Shown here piece after piece: positions 16,482-25,561 of a DNA stretch of 38,806 bases. The number at the start of each line of letters is the position of its first letter. Positions within the stretch are counted from its first letter, which is position 1. The notes beneath the pieces were generated by a model, which was given only the letters and a program-made list of their open reading frames with translations, searched no databases and had not been told where the DNA came from. A program made the translations under genes and the position numbers. Source of the DNA: Gemmatimonadota bacterium (GTDB lineage Bacteria; Gemmatimonadota; Gemmatimonadetes; Longimicrobiales; Gaopeijiaceae). The DNA is taken from the NCBI GenBank assembly GCA_039589815.1, contig JBDHGR010000001.1, forward strand, positions 1-38,806, given 5' to 3'.

Positions 16482-18278
16482 ATGTCCCTCAGAACGACCC
16501 GAAAGACCTCTCGCAGCCACACCTGGCTACCTATAGCCCTCGTCCTCTTCGGCCTCGCCCTTCCCGGAGCCTCCTCCCACCCCCTTCTCGGGCAAGAGTG
16601 GCTCCAGGCTCCAGCGGAAGCCGTCAATTACCAGGGGGGCGGGACCCTCTATGAACCCCTCATGAGCTTTGTCTATGAACTGGAATCCCGGACTGAGCTC
16701 ATGAACGTCGTGAAGATCACCGAGACCCTCGGCGGTAGGGACGTAGTCCTCTGCGTTCTTTCGGATCCACCAGTGTTCCAGAAAGCCGATTTGGCATACT
16801 CGGACAAGCCGGTGGTCCTCATTGTCAACAACGTTCATGGTGGAGAAGTGGCCGGTAAGGATGCCGCCATGGAGATCATGCGTGACCTGGTGATGGGCGA
16901 CCTTCGCCCCCTTCTGGAGGAGGTCGTAGTCCTTGTCGTGCCAACCATCAATCCCGACGGTGCCGAAGCCCGGCGTCGTACCAACGACGAGGGCTTCGAC
17001 ATGAACCGGGACTACCTGAAGTTGGAGTCCCAGGAGATTCAGGCTCTGGTCACCAAGATCATCTACCAATGGCGACCGGATATTTTCGTGGACACGCACC
17101 ATGGTGGGTCGGCCCCTTACGCCCTCACTTTCCAGACCAACATGAATCCGGCTGGGGACCCGAATATTATGCGTTTGGGGAATGAGGAGATCATCCCTCA
17201 GATCCGTGCCGCGCTACGAGCAGAAGACTACGACGGATTTTGGTATTCCGGGTCCAGGCAGCTGCCCAACGGTGAGATCGGCTGGGCACCCACGTCCGTG
17301 GAGCCCAGAAAACAGCATGTATATGGGACACTAGCAAACACCGTGGGCTTTCTATTCGAGACGCCCAGCGGGAGTCATCGGGTGGTGGACGGGGGGACAA
17401 GGGTAGTCCCGGTTCCAGATGAGGAGCGCTACCGCCACCAGGTCAGGGGTGAGTACATCGGCCAACGGGAACTCATAAGATACGCCGCGGCGAACCCTGA
17501 GAAGCTCCGGGCGACCGTGGCTAAGGCCAGGGCAGACGCCATCGCCCGGGGAAACGATGACTCAGACAACGATCAGATCCCCATCGCCTACGAACAGGTG
17601 GAAAAACATCGGGAGCAGTTCTGGTACCGGGCTGGGGGAAGGGGCGCCGGCGCCGATGTGCCCTTCGAGCTGATTGAGGGCCCCATTCTCACGGAATGGG
17701 CGCCGACCGAGACAGTGACACGGCCCTGGGGTTACCTGATCCCGAACTCCCTGTCGAAGGTGATCCCACTTCTCCTTCAACATGACATTTCGGTGAAGCG
17801 TCTGACGGCTCCTGTGGAGTTGGAGGTGGAGACCTGGTATGCCACCGAGGTGACCCACGACCAATACTTCCAGGCCCATTATCTGAAATCCGTGGAGGCC
17901 GAGCGGAGGACCGAGACAGTGTCTCTTCCGGCTGGTTCCTTCTTCATCCCAAGCGGGCAAGCCAGCTCCAACCTTCTCAGCTATCTCCTTGAGCCAGCCA
18001 CCAATGACAACCTGGTGACCTGGGGTTTCCTGGATAACGTGGTGCAGGTGAGGTCTCCCGAAGGGCAAAGGGGGGGGCAACCACCAGATATGGAGGCGCG
18101 GATGGCCAGCATGTCGCCGGAGGAGAGGGCACAGATGACCGCCCGGCTAGAACGGCAACAGCGGCAGGCCAGTCAGGGTCGGGCCATTCCCATCTACCGG
18201 GTGATGAAGAAGACGGATATCCCAGGGGTACTGGTGACGCCGTTCAACGTCTTCGAGCCCAACAGGTACTATCGGTGA
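16482..18278 (+). CDS. Secreted M14 family zinc carboxypeptidase
   Basis: The track ORF starts at 16326. ATG 16482 is preceded by GAGGAG and gives the signal peptide MSLRTTRKTSRSHTWLPIALVLFGLALPGASS. Motifs are NNVHGGEVAGKD (HxxE), INPDGAE, DMNRDY, DTHHGG and LFETPSG. Confidence 0.85.
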   Translation: MSLRTTRKTSRSHTWLPIALVLFGLALPGASSHPLLGQEWLQAPAEAVNYQGGGTLYEPLMSFVYELESRTELMNVVKITETLGGRDVVLCVLSDPPVFQKADLAYSDKPVVLIVNNVHGGEVAGKDAAMEIMRDLVMGDLRPLLEEVVVLVVPTINPDGAEARRRTNDEGFDMNRDYLKLESQEIQALVTKIIYQWRPDIFVDTHHGGSAPYALTFQTNMNPAGDPNIMRLGNEEIIPQIRAALRAEDYDGFWYSGSRQLPNGEIGWAPTSVEPRKQHVYGTLANTVGFLFETPSGSHRVVDGGTRVVPVPDEERYRHQVRGEYIGQRELIRYAAANPEKLRATVAKARADAIARGNDDSDNDQIPIAYEQVEKHREQFWYRAGGRGAGADVPFELIEGPILTEWAPTETVTRPWGYLIPNSLSKVIPLLLQHDISVKRLTAPVELEVETWYATEVTHDQYFQAHYLKSVEAERRTETVSLPAGSFFIPSGQASSNLLSYLLEPATNDNLVTWGFLDNVVQVRSPEGQRGGQPPDMEARMASMSPEERAQMTARLERQQRQASQGRAIPIYRVMKKTDIPGVLVTPFNVFEPNRYYR

Positions 18279-18342
18279 TATAGGGCCGCTAGAACCCTTC
18301 GTGGGGGTCTTGGAGACACACTCCAATGAAGTCTGGTAACGG

Positions 18343-18377
18343 GGGGCGCCCCGGGATTCTGACCCTCGGGGCGTCCC
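18343..18377 (+). terminator. GC-rich stem-loop downstream of the M14 gene. Weak terminator candidate.
   Basis: GGGGCGCCCCG-ggattctgaccct-CGGGGCGTCCC forms an 11-bp stem that includes one G-U pair. It lies 65 nt after the stop at 18278. No strong U-tract follows. Confidence 0.3.
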
Positions 18378-18534
18378 TTCGTTCAGCCCGTAGCATCCAG
18401 TCTCTGCGCCCGCCCCCCTCCTCACAGTTTTTACAGGACCCTGGAAAAGGGCTTCCGGTGCTCCCATCATTAGAAACCAGCGCAGCTCATCCTCAAACGG
18501 CGGCAGCCTCCCGGACCCAACCGCCCGCACGTCC

Positions 18535-19005
18535 ATGAGCGACCTGACATTCTTGAGACGAGCCTTACACTTGGCTGAAGAACACTCCCTTGCCGGAACG
18601 GCTGGCCCATTCGGCGCCGTTGTGGTTCGGAGGGGGGAAGTTATCGGGCAGGGATGGAACAGAGTGGTGGAGGCTCAGGACCCCACGGCCCACGCCGAAG
18701 TCCTGGCCATCAGGGAGGCCGCCATGCGTTCGGGGAGCCACGTTCTCGACGATTGTGTGCTTTACAGCAGTTGCGAACCCTGCCCGATGTGTCTCGGGGC
18801 CATCTATTGGGCTCGGATCCCCCGGGTGGTTTTCGCCAGTAGCGCAGAGGACGCCAGAGCCGTCGGATTCGACGATACCGTCATCGCACAGGAACTAACG
18901 CTGCTTTGGAAGGACCGTTCCATCCAAGGGCGCCAAACCCTCCGGAAAGAGGGCAGAGCGGTCCTCGAGCAGTGGAAGCAGAGGCCGGATCGGGTCGAAT
19001 ACTAA
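18535..19005 (+). CDS. guaD: Guanine deaminase (CDA-fold, GuaD type)
   Basis: 156 aa. From memory it looks collinear with Bacillus subtilis GuaD: GPFGAVVV, DPTAHAEVLAIREA, LDDCVLYSSCEPCPMCLGAIYWAR, GFDD. Confidence 0.8.
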   Translation: MSDLTFLRRALHLAEEHSLAGTAGPFGAVVVRRGEVIGQGWNRVVEAQDPTAHAEVLAIREAAMRSGSHVLDDCVLYSSCEPCPMCLGAIYWARIPRVVFASSAEDARAVGFDDTVIAQELTLLWKDRSIQGRQTLRKEGRAVLEQWKQRPDRVEY

Positions 19006-19048
19006 AGCCCTTTCGAGTCGATCCGGACGCACCACTTCAACCGTCCCT

Positions 19049-20500
19049 CTACCCCACCTCATCCCCCGTCAGGGACTTCCTCACCAGGAACCTGTTCAAA
19101 CCCAACAGGACTACCAGGACAATGACCCATTGAATCAGAACCGAGCCAATGTTGTAGTTGGAGAAAAGGGTCCAGGTCGCTCTCCACCCCTCTCCACGGG
19201 ATTGAAGGAGCATCCAGACCATGAGGACCACCGCTTCCACCACCACCAGACGGATGGCCCAATCCCACCAGACCCCGATGCGAATGTCGGAGAATCCCGT
19301 GTTGATGAACTTCTCCCTCCATTCGGTGACCCCATACCGAAGAACGGCCACCGCGAAGAAGAACCCCGAAAGCATCAGCCCTACACCCCATACCCAATCC
19401 TGGTTCTGAAACACCGCCATATTCAGGGCGCTGGGGACCCCGCAGAGGATTCCGGCCACACCCACGATCCCGATTGCCCGGCCCCGTGTGAGACCCATGT
19501 CCTGGAGGTTGCGGCTAGCTAGCTCGATCATGGATACCAGGCTCGTCCAGGCGGCGAACACCAGAGCCAGGAAGAAGATCGCCATGAAGAACTGACCCCA
19601 AGGGATCTGGGCGAAGAGTTGGGGAACCCAGATGAAGGTCAGACCTTCATTCCCTGCGCCCACGATCACGTCAGCGGCATCGGGCATGATGGAGAAGACC
19701 GTGCACAACACCATGATCCCAGCCAAGAGGGACATGGAGTTGTTCCCAAAGCCGATGACGAATGCGTTCAGAGCGGTATCCTCCCTCTTCCGCATGTAGA
19801 CCGCATAAGTCAGGGCCAAACCCCACCCAGCGCCGGTGTCCCAGGCGTTTTGGGTCAGGGCTTCCAGCCAGATCCGATAGTTGGCCAGGTCGGCCCAATC
19901 CGGGGTAAAGAGGAACGCCAGTCCGCGGCTCGAGCCAGGAAGGGTAAGGGCTTTGATAGCCAGAACGATGACCAGGATGATCAGGCTGGGAATCAGGATC
20001 TTGGCAGCCTTCTCGATCCCCTTTACGCCCTTCGAGACAACGAAGACACCCAGGCCCATGGCGATGAGGTGGGTGAAAAGGGCGGAGTTGGTTCCGGCAA
20101 AACCCTCCCAGAAGGCCTCTGGCACCTCCGTCGGAATCTCCCGGGTGAGGGTCGCCCAAAAGAAGCGGATCGTCCACCCCATCACCACGCTGTAGTAGAA
20201 CATGATGGCGGTGGCCGTCCACGCCACCCAGGCTCCCATCCACCCGAATCTGGGCCCGACCGTCTTGGCGAAAGCACCAACCGTGCCCTTCCGGGTCCCC
20301 TTGCCCATCCCGAATTCGAGGATGAGCAGGGGAACCGACCAGAGGAGGAGGAAGACCGCCCATGCCACGAGGAAAGATCCCCCACCGTTGGATGCCGCGA
20401 TGCGAGGGAACCTCCAGATGTTCCCCGTGCCCACCGCCATTCCCAGCATGGCCAGAAGCATCCCCCAGCGAGAGCTGAAGACCTCCGACTTGGACGCCAC
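19049..20500 (-). CDS. Sodium-dependent transporter, neurotransmitter:sodium symporter (NSS/SNF) family
   Basis: 483 aa and polytopic. It carries the hallmark N-terminal motif GTGNIWRFPRIAASNGGGSFL. The start is a GTG preceded by AGGAGGAG. Confidence 0.9.
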   Translation of the reverse strand: MASKSEVFSSRWGMLLAMLGMAVGTGNIWRFPRIAASNGGGSFLVAWAVFLLLWSVPLLILEFGMGKGTRKGTVGAFAKTVGPRFGWMGAWVAWTATAIMFYYSVVMGWTIRFFWATLTREIPTEVPEAFWEGFAGTNSALFTHLIAMGLGVFVVSKGVKGIEKAAKILIPSLIILVIVLAIKALTLPGSSRGLAFLFTPDWADLANYRIWLEALTQNAWDTGAGWGLALTYAVYMRKREDTALNAFVIGFGNNSMSLLAGIMVLCTVFSIMPDAADVIVGAGNEGLTFIWVPQLFAQIPWGQFFMAIFFLALVFAAWTSLVSMIELASRNLQDMGLTRGRAIGIVGVAGILCGVPSALNMAVFQNQDWVWGVGLMLSGFFFAVAVLRYGVTEWREKFINTGFSDIRIGVWWDWAIRLVVVEAVVLMVWMLLQSRGEGWRATWTLFSNYNIGSVLIQWVIVLVVLLGLNRFLVRKSLTGDEVG

Positions 20501-20572
20501 GCATCTCCTCCTGTTTGAAGAGCTTGTTTCGGGTAGGGAGCAAGGTGCTGACTGAAAGGAATCCGGTCAACG

Positions 20573-21775
20573 TCAGGGGCAGATCACCTCACCGGCATTC
20601 CAGCCCATGGGGACGTACGCTCCATACGCCAGAGCGCAGTACTTCCCGGAGTCGGTGTTGGTAACCGTACCCATCCAACCCTCCCGACCCGCAAAAAGAA
20701 TGGTCACATCAATCCCATCCGGAAGCCGGTTTCTGGGATCGGAAAAGAGCGCCTCGGCGTCCGTGGTATAGGTGTAGTGGTCGGCGTAGTGGATCTCCTC
20801 GAGTGACGCCAGGTTTTTCACCACGCTTTTGAGAGGCGCCAGCTCCTCCTGCTCCTCTTGAGTGAGGGTCAGGCGAGCCTGAGGGCTCGCGGCAGGAGGC
20901 GACATGTCCAGGCCAGGACCCGGCCGACTCCCTTCCGGTTTCCGAAGGGCATACAATCTGATGTAGTTCACGTCCACATCGTCCAGGAAACGCCCAAGGA
21001 GGTAATCAGGGCCGATCTCATGTGGCTCGAAGCGACCAGGAGTTGCCACCTGGGCCACAGGCCCACCGTTCAGGTCGTACACGGTCCAGGTGATGGCGGT
21101 GTCCGCAGGAGGCCGAATCTCCGAAGCCCAGATCCTCCCCTGGCGGGTGACCTTCAGGAAGAGAAGAGTGCGGATGGAGTCGGGGAGGGGAATGGCACGG
21201 GCCGCCTCCCGGATGGGCCCCCTTGCGGACGGTCTGAGGGGACTGTCGATCCAGAGTCTGCCGAATAACCATTCATCCCCTGGAAACATGACGTCGAGGG
21301 TGGGGATCACCCTCTCCGTCCCCAGAAACTGTCCTTGGAGGTCGAAAAAGGAGGTCCGGTTGAGTCTTTGATCCCAAACCATCAGGGAATCCCGGCCGAT
21401 TCTCCTGACCCGAGTCGGGAAGCGGAACTCGCCGGGTCCCTCCCCGTCCCCACCCACAGCTCCCAGAAACAGCCCCTCCCGGTCGAAGATTCGAAGCTCC
21501 CGGCTCCCGGCATTCGTCACCACGATCCGGTCATCGTCAAGCTTCACCGAACCCTGTGCGCGGTGGAGCTGATAAGGCTCCTCTCCCTCACGGACACCGA
21601 TTTCCAGTAGCGGTGAATCGGAGAGAGCCCAGACCTCCAGCCCTGGGTTGCCAGCAACCGTCGGGCGCACTGTGTCACCCCCGGGGTTTTCTCCTCCCCC
21701 GCAGCCTTGAATGGTTGCCATGAAGACAAACCCGATCCATAGACATGCCGGACCTCTTCCTCGCGCCAAGACCAT
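20573..21775 (-). CDS. Predicted lipoprotein with a beta-propeller-like N-terminal region and a pilin-like C-terminal globular domain
   Basis: 400 aa. The ATG is preceded by GGGAGGAG. The signal ends in ATIQGC. The GEGPGEF motif is typical of '6-bladed beta-propeller' lipoproteins. For the C-terminal ~100 aa (LASLEEIHYADHYTYTTDAEAL...KYCALAYGAYVPMGWNAGEVICP), see findings. Confidence 0.75.
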   Translation of the reverse strand: MVLARGRGPACLWIGFVFMATIQGCGGGENPGGDTVRPTVAGNPGLEVWALSDSPLLEIGVREGEEPYQLHRAQGSVKLDDDRIVVTNAGSRELRIFDREGLFLGAVGGDGEGPGEFRFPTRVRRIGRDSLMVWDQRLNRTSFFDLQGQFLGTERVIPTLDVMFPGDEWLFGRLWIDSPLRPSARGPIREAARAIPLPDSIRTLLFLKVTRQGRIWASEIRPPADTAITWTVYDLNGGPVAQVATPGRFEPHEIGPDYLLGRFLDDVDVNYIRLYALRKPEGSRPGPGLDMSPPAASPQARLTLTQEEQEELAPLKSVVKNLASLEEIHYADHYTYTTDAEALFSDPRNRLPDGIDVTILFAGREGWMGTVTNTDSGKYCALAYGAYVPMGWNAGEVICP

Positions 21776-21826
21776 GTGGCTCCTCCCTAGCCCGGGGGTT
21801 ATGTGGCGAGGACCCGACCCAGAACC

Positions 21827-23140
21827 CTATAGCCTCTCCTTCACCCAACCCAGGACACCATCCACTGGGACACGGACCTGCTGGAGAGAATCCCGATCCC
21901 TAACCGTCACCGTCCCGTCTTCATTCGTCTGGCCATCCACTGTCACGCACCACGGCGTACCAGCCTCGTCCTGCCGGCGGTACCGCCGGCCAATGGACCC
22001 CGCGGCATCGTAGAAAGACGGGACCGCAGCAGCCCTGAGGCCTTTGTAGAGTTTCTCGGCAATTTCCGGAAGGCCGTCCTTCTTCACCAGGGGGAAGACC
22101 GCCACCTTGAGAGGTGCCAGGGAGGGGCTCAATTGAAGGACCACCCGCTCCTCCCCTTCCACCTCCTCTTCAACGTAGGAGTCGGCCAGAACCACCAGAA
22201 GGGTCCGGTCGACGCCCACCGCCGTCTCGATGACATAGGGGACGAATCGTTTGCCTGACCCCGTGTCGATGTACTCCAACCGCTTCTTCGAGTACTCCTG
22301 ATGTCTGGAGAGGTCGAAGTCGGTGCGGTTGTGAATCCCCTCGAATTCCTTCCATCCGAAGGGGTACTCGTATTCGATGTCGAATGCGGTCTTGGCGTAG
22401 TGGGCCAGCTCGTCCGGACCGTGAGGCTGAAATCGGAGCTTTTCCTCTCGAATTCCCAGCTCCAGGTGCCACTCCATCCGGGCAGCTTTCCAGAACTCGA
22501 ACCATTCTTCGTCGGTGCCGGGCTCCACGAAGAACTGCATCTCCATCTGCTCGAACTCTCGGGTTCGGAAGATGAAGTTCCCCGGGGTAATCTCGTTTCG
22601 GAAAGCCTTCCCTATTTGAGCGATCCCGAAGGGGATCTTCTGCCTGGCGGCGCCCTGGACATTCAGGAAATTTACGTAGGAACCCTGGGCCGTCTCAGGC
22701 CGGAGATAGACTTGGTTGGCAGCTTCCTCCACCGGACCCATGAAGGTCTTGAACATGAGATTGAACAGGCGGGCCTCGGAGAAGGTGTCCTTGGTCCCGC
22801 ACACCGGGCATTGTCCACCTTCGATCTCAGGAAGGTCAGCCCTGAATCGACGGTGGCAGTTCCCGCACTCGACCAACGGATCCGTGAATCCCTCCACATG
22901 CCCTGAGGCCTCCCACACACGGGGGTGCATCAGGATGGCGGCGTCCACCCCCTCGATGTCATCCCTCTGGTGAACCATGGAGCTCCACCACCGGTCCTTG
23001 ATATTCTTTTTCAGCTCGATTCCTAGGGGGCCGTAATCCCAAACGGAGCCGGTCCCACCATAGATCTCGGAGGACTGGAAGACGAAACCGCGCCTTTTGC
23101 AGAGTGACACCAACTTGTCCATCACGTCGTTTTGGGCCAT
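21827..23140 (-). CDS. glyQS: Glycine--tRNA ligase (homodimeric GlyQS type)
   Basis: [29 protein letters not shown] is the canonical GlyQS N-terminus. The 81 extra codons in the track ORF (up to 23383) are Pro/Gly-rich and look non-coding. Confidence 0.92.
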   Translation of the reverse strand: MAQNDVMDKLVSLCKRRGFVFQSSEIYGGTGSVWDYGPLGIELKKNIKDRWWSSMVHQRDDIEGVDAAILMHPRVWEASGHVEGFTDPLVECGNCHRRFRADLPEIEGGQCPVCGTKDTFSEARLFNLMFKTFMGPVEEAANQVYLRPETAQGSYVNFLNVQGAARQKIPFGIAQIGKAFRNEITPGNFIFRTREFEQMEMQFFVEPGTDEEWFEFWKAARMEWHLELGIREEKLRFQPHGPDELAHYAKTAFDIEYEYPFGWKEFEGIHNRTDFDLSRHQEYSKKRLEYIDTGSGKRFVPYVIETAVGVDRTLLVVLADSYVEEEVEGEERVVLQLSPSLAPLKVAVFPLVKKDGLPEIAEKLYKGLRAAAVPSFYDAAGSIGRRYRRQDEAGTPWCVTVDGQTNEDGTVTVRDRDSLQQVRVPVDGVLGWVKERL

Positions 23141-23415
23141 GGGTTGAGCGTCGTCGTTGGTTCGGGGGTCCCATCCGGAGGGGATCTCAGAGGGTTCAAA
23201 AAGGTAGAAGCGCCATCCGCCCACATCAACCGGCCCCGGAACCGGGCGGGTCGCAGGCCCCGGAGCTATTCCGCTCCGGACCGGTCCTTGCGTGCCACCG
23301 TTTTGGTTGGATATTGAAGTGACGGGCGGGGGTAGAACCCCGCTTTCAGTCGGGGGTAGGATGGAAGAGGAAGGGCCGGACACAAGGCTCGAATCATAGG
23401 TTTAAGGAGAAGGAC

Positions 23416-23997
23416 ATGGAGCTGAATATCACCGATCGGGCTCAGAGCATGGTTCGATCCTTTATTGATCAAAGCGACGGAGAACTCAGGGCTCTTCGCA
23501 TCACTGCCCATGAGGGAGGAATCGGTTCCCCCCGCTTCGAGCTATCCCTGGTTGCCGATTCCGACCGGGAGGAGAACGACGTGCAGGTGGACATGGGGGG
23601 CTTCCTCGTCCTGGTATCCGGCGAGAGCGCCGAGCGGCTGGAGGGAGCCACGGTGGATTTCGTGGAACGGGTAAACGAGAGTGGATTCGAGATTCGCCCA
23701 CCTGCCCGGGCCCCCAAGGCCTCGGAGGCTCCCCAGGGCGAGCTCGCGACCAAGGTGAGGGAGGTACTCGACGCCCAGGTGAACCCAGCGGTGTCCTCCC
23801 ATGGCGGCGAGATCGTCCTGGTGGACGTCAAAGGAAACGAAGTGTTTATCGAGATGACTGGTGGTTGCCAGGGATGTGCCCTGTCTCGGATGACCCTCAA
23901 GCAGGGTGTGGAGCGGATGGTCCGGCAGGCGGTACCCGAGATCACGGCAGTCCACGACGTCACCGACCACACATCAGGAGACAGCCCCTTCTATTAG
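23416..23997 (+). CDS. nfuA: Fe-S cluster carrier, NfuA-like (Cys-less A-type N-domain + Nfu C-domain)
   Basis: AAGGAGAAGG sits upstream of the ATG. The C-terminal Nfu block is HGGEIVLVDVKGNEVFIEMTGGCQGCALSRMTLKQGVE (CxxC). The N-terminal ~95 aa is IscA/HesB-like but has no Cys. Confidence 0.8.
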   Translation: MELNITDRAQSMVRSFIDQSDGELRALRITAHEGGIGSPRFELSLVADSDREENDVQVDMGGFLVLVSGESAERLEGATVDFVERVNESGFEIRPPARAPKASEAPQGELATKVREVLDAQVNPAVSSHGGEIVLVDVKGNEVFIEMTGGCQGCALSRMTLKQGVERMVRQAVPEITAVHDVTDHTSGDSPFY

Positions 23998-24004
23998 GCC
24001 CGGG

Positions 24005-24337
24005 TCAGGCGGTCCCCAGCACCCGGTTCACCGCAAGCGAGAAGGCCGCCCAGTGAGACTCCTCCCGGACGAGCTGCTGCTTACCACTTTTGGAAAGAGA
24101 ATAGACTTTCGCCTTTCGGCCCGTAGAGGTGACCTCCCAAGCCGCCGCTATCCATCCCCTGGCTTCGAGGCGGTAGAGAGCCGGGTATAGGGACCCCTGG
24201 TTCACTTCCAGAACATCTTCGGAAAGTGCCTGGATATGTTTGGAGATGGCCCACCCATGCATGGGGTCTCTCTCCAAAGTCCGGAGGATCAAAAGGTCCA
24301 GGGTTCCGTGGAGTAGATCCGGTTTTCTTTTGGCCAT
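24005..24337 (-). CDS. PadR family transcriptional regulator
   Basis: LLHGTLDLLILRTLERDPMHGWAISKHIQ...VNQGSLYPALYRLEARGWI...GRKAKVYSLSKSGKQQL. ATG 24337 (MAKRKPD...) is preferred to the track start at 24373. Confidence 0.88.
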   Translation of the reverse strand: MAKRKPDLLHGTLDLLILRTLERDPMHGWAISKHIQALSEDVLEVNQGSLYPALYRLEARGWIAAAWEVTSTGRKAKVYSLSKSGKQQLVREESHWAAFSLAVNRVLGTA

Positions 24338-24439
24338 GGTATTGGGCCCACTGGGCAGAGGATACCTAGACAATCTACAATATAGAACAGTAACGACCTG
24401 GTTTCCGGGAGGTCAATGGACTTCTGAGCGGTGAACGGC

Positions 24440-25561
24440 CTATTCCAGGCTCTTTTTGAAGCGCGATACCGCCGCGAGGAGAGCCCCCGCTGCCATGACT
24501 GTCAGGGCTGTGAAGTGGAACCAGAGGTCGACAACCCCCTGGCCCTTCAGGAAGATGCTTCGGACCAACTCCATGAAATACCGAATGGGATTGAGGCGGG
24601 AAAGATCCTGAAAGAAGCCCGGCATGGTCTCCACCGGATACATGAATCCAGAAAGGATGATGGCCGGGAGGAAGATGAGGAACATGGTGAGAAAGGCTTC
24701 CTGCTGGGTGCGGGAGATGGTGGAGATCAGGAGGCCGAACCCCAGACCCGCCAGGATGTACACGAAAGAGGCCAAAGCGAGGGTTGCGACATTCCCCCGC
24801 AAGGGAATTCCGAACCACAGGACCGCCATGGTGGTGATGAGAGCAAGATCGACAAGACAGATTATGACCACCGGTATGGTCTTTCCCAGGATCAGCTCTC
24901 CGGAAGAGATAGGGCTCACCAATAGCTGCTCGAGGGTCCCCAGCTCACGCTCACGGACCACGCCCAGTGATGTGAGAAGAAGCGCCATGAGCATGAGAAG
25001 AAGCCCGATGATCCCCGGTACGTTGTAGTCCTGGCTGGCGAGATCCGGGTTGTACCATGCCCTGGACCGGAGTTCGAGTCCCCCGGAGATTCCGGGGCCA
25101 TGGTCGGCCGCCTGTTCCGCCGCAAACTCCTGGACGATCCTCCCCACATAACCCTGCGCTACCGTGGCCGTGTTCGAGCTCGTACCGTCGATAAGGACCT
25201 GGACGGGCGCCCTCTCCCCGGCATGCAAACCCGCAGCGAAACCCGGCGGAATCTGGACGCCCACAACCGCCTTGCCGGCATCCAGGGCTTCCTCGATGAC
25301 CGCCGCCCTATCAGAGCGTTCCACGATCTTGAAGTAACCTGACGCCGTGAGGTTGTCCTGTAGTAGACGGGACAGGGCGGTCTGGTCCTGGTCCACGACG
25401 ACGGTGGCCAGATTCCGGACGTCGGTGTTTACCGCGTAGCCAAAAAGAAGCAGCTGGATGATGGGAGCGGCAAAGGTCATCCGCTTGGTCTTGGGATCTC
25501 GCAGGAGTTGCCGGATCTCCTTTTGGACAAGTGCCCGAACCCGCGGTGGGGAGACCCTCAT
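24440..25561 (-). CDS. ABC-2 type transporter permease (YbhS/YbhR-like)
   Basis: The track ORF (to 26074) overlaps the upstream gene. ATG 25561 overlaps that gene's stop (ATGA) and gives MRVSPPRVRALVQKEIRQLLRDPKTKRM..., a typical ABC-2 N-terminus. A large periplasmic loop and 5 C-terminal TM helices follow. Confidence 0.88.
   Translation of the reverse strand: MRVSPPRVRALVQKEIRQLLRDPKTKRMTFAAPIIQLLLFGYAVNTDVRNLATVVVDQDQTALSRLLQDNLTASGYFKIVERSDRAAVIEEALDAGKAVVGVQIPPGFAAGLHAGERAPVQVLIDGTSSNTATVAQGYVGRIVQEFAAEQAADHGPGISGGLELRSRAWYNPDLASQDYNVPGIIGLLLMLMALLLTSLGVVRERELGTLEQLLVSPISSGELILGKTIPVVIICLVDLALITTMAVLWFGIPLRGNVATLALASFVYILAGLGFGLLISTISRTQQEAFLTMFLIFLPAIILSGFMYPVETMPGFFQDLSRLNPIRYFMELVRSIFLKGQGVVDLWFHFTALTVMAAGALLAAVSRFKKSLE

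Noticed and set aside
18279-18534. 256-bp non-coding gap upstream of guaD, considered as a possible riboswitch (for example purine) or a small gene.
   Set aside because: I could not find the conserved purine-riboswitch junction sequences or any other known RNA motif. Only one GC hairpin (18343-18377) stands out, and the ORFs here are Pro/Ser-rich shadows.
23141-23415. glyQS/nfuA divergent region, considered for a T-box or attenuator. It contains the CCGGAGC-ctattcc-GCTCCGG hairpin at 23260-23279 and alternative CGGGG/CCCCG/CGGGG pairings near 23320-23355.
   Set aside because: There is no T-box consensus (AGAGA / specifier / T-box sequence). The stems are short and are expected by chance at this GC content.
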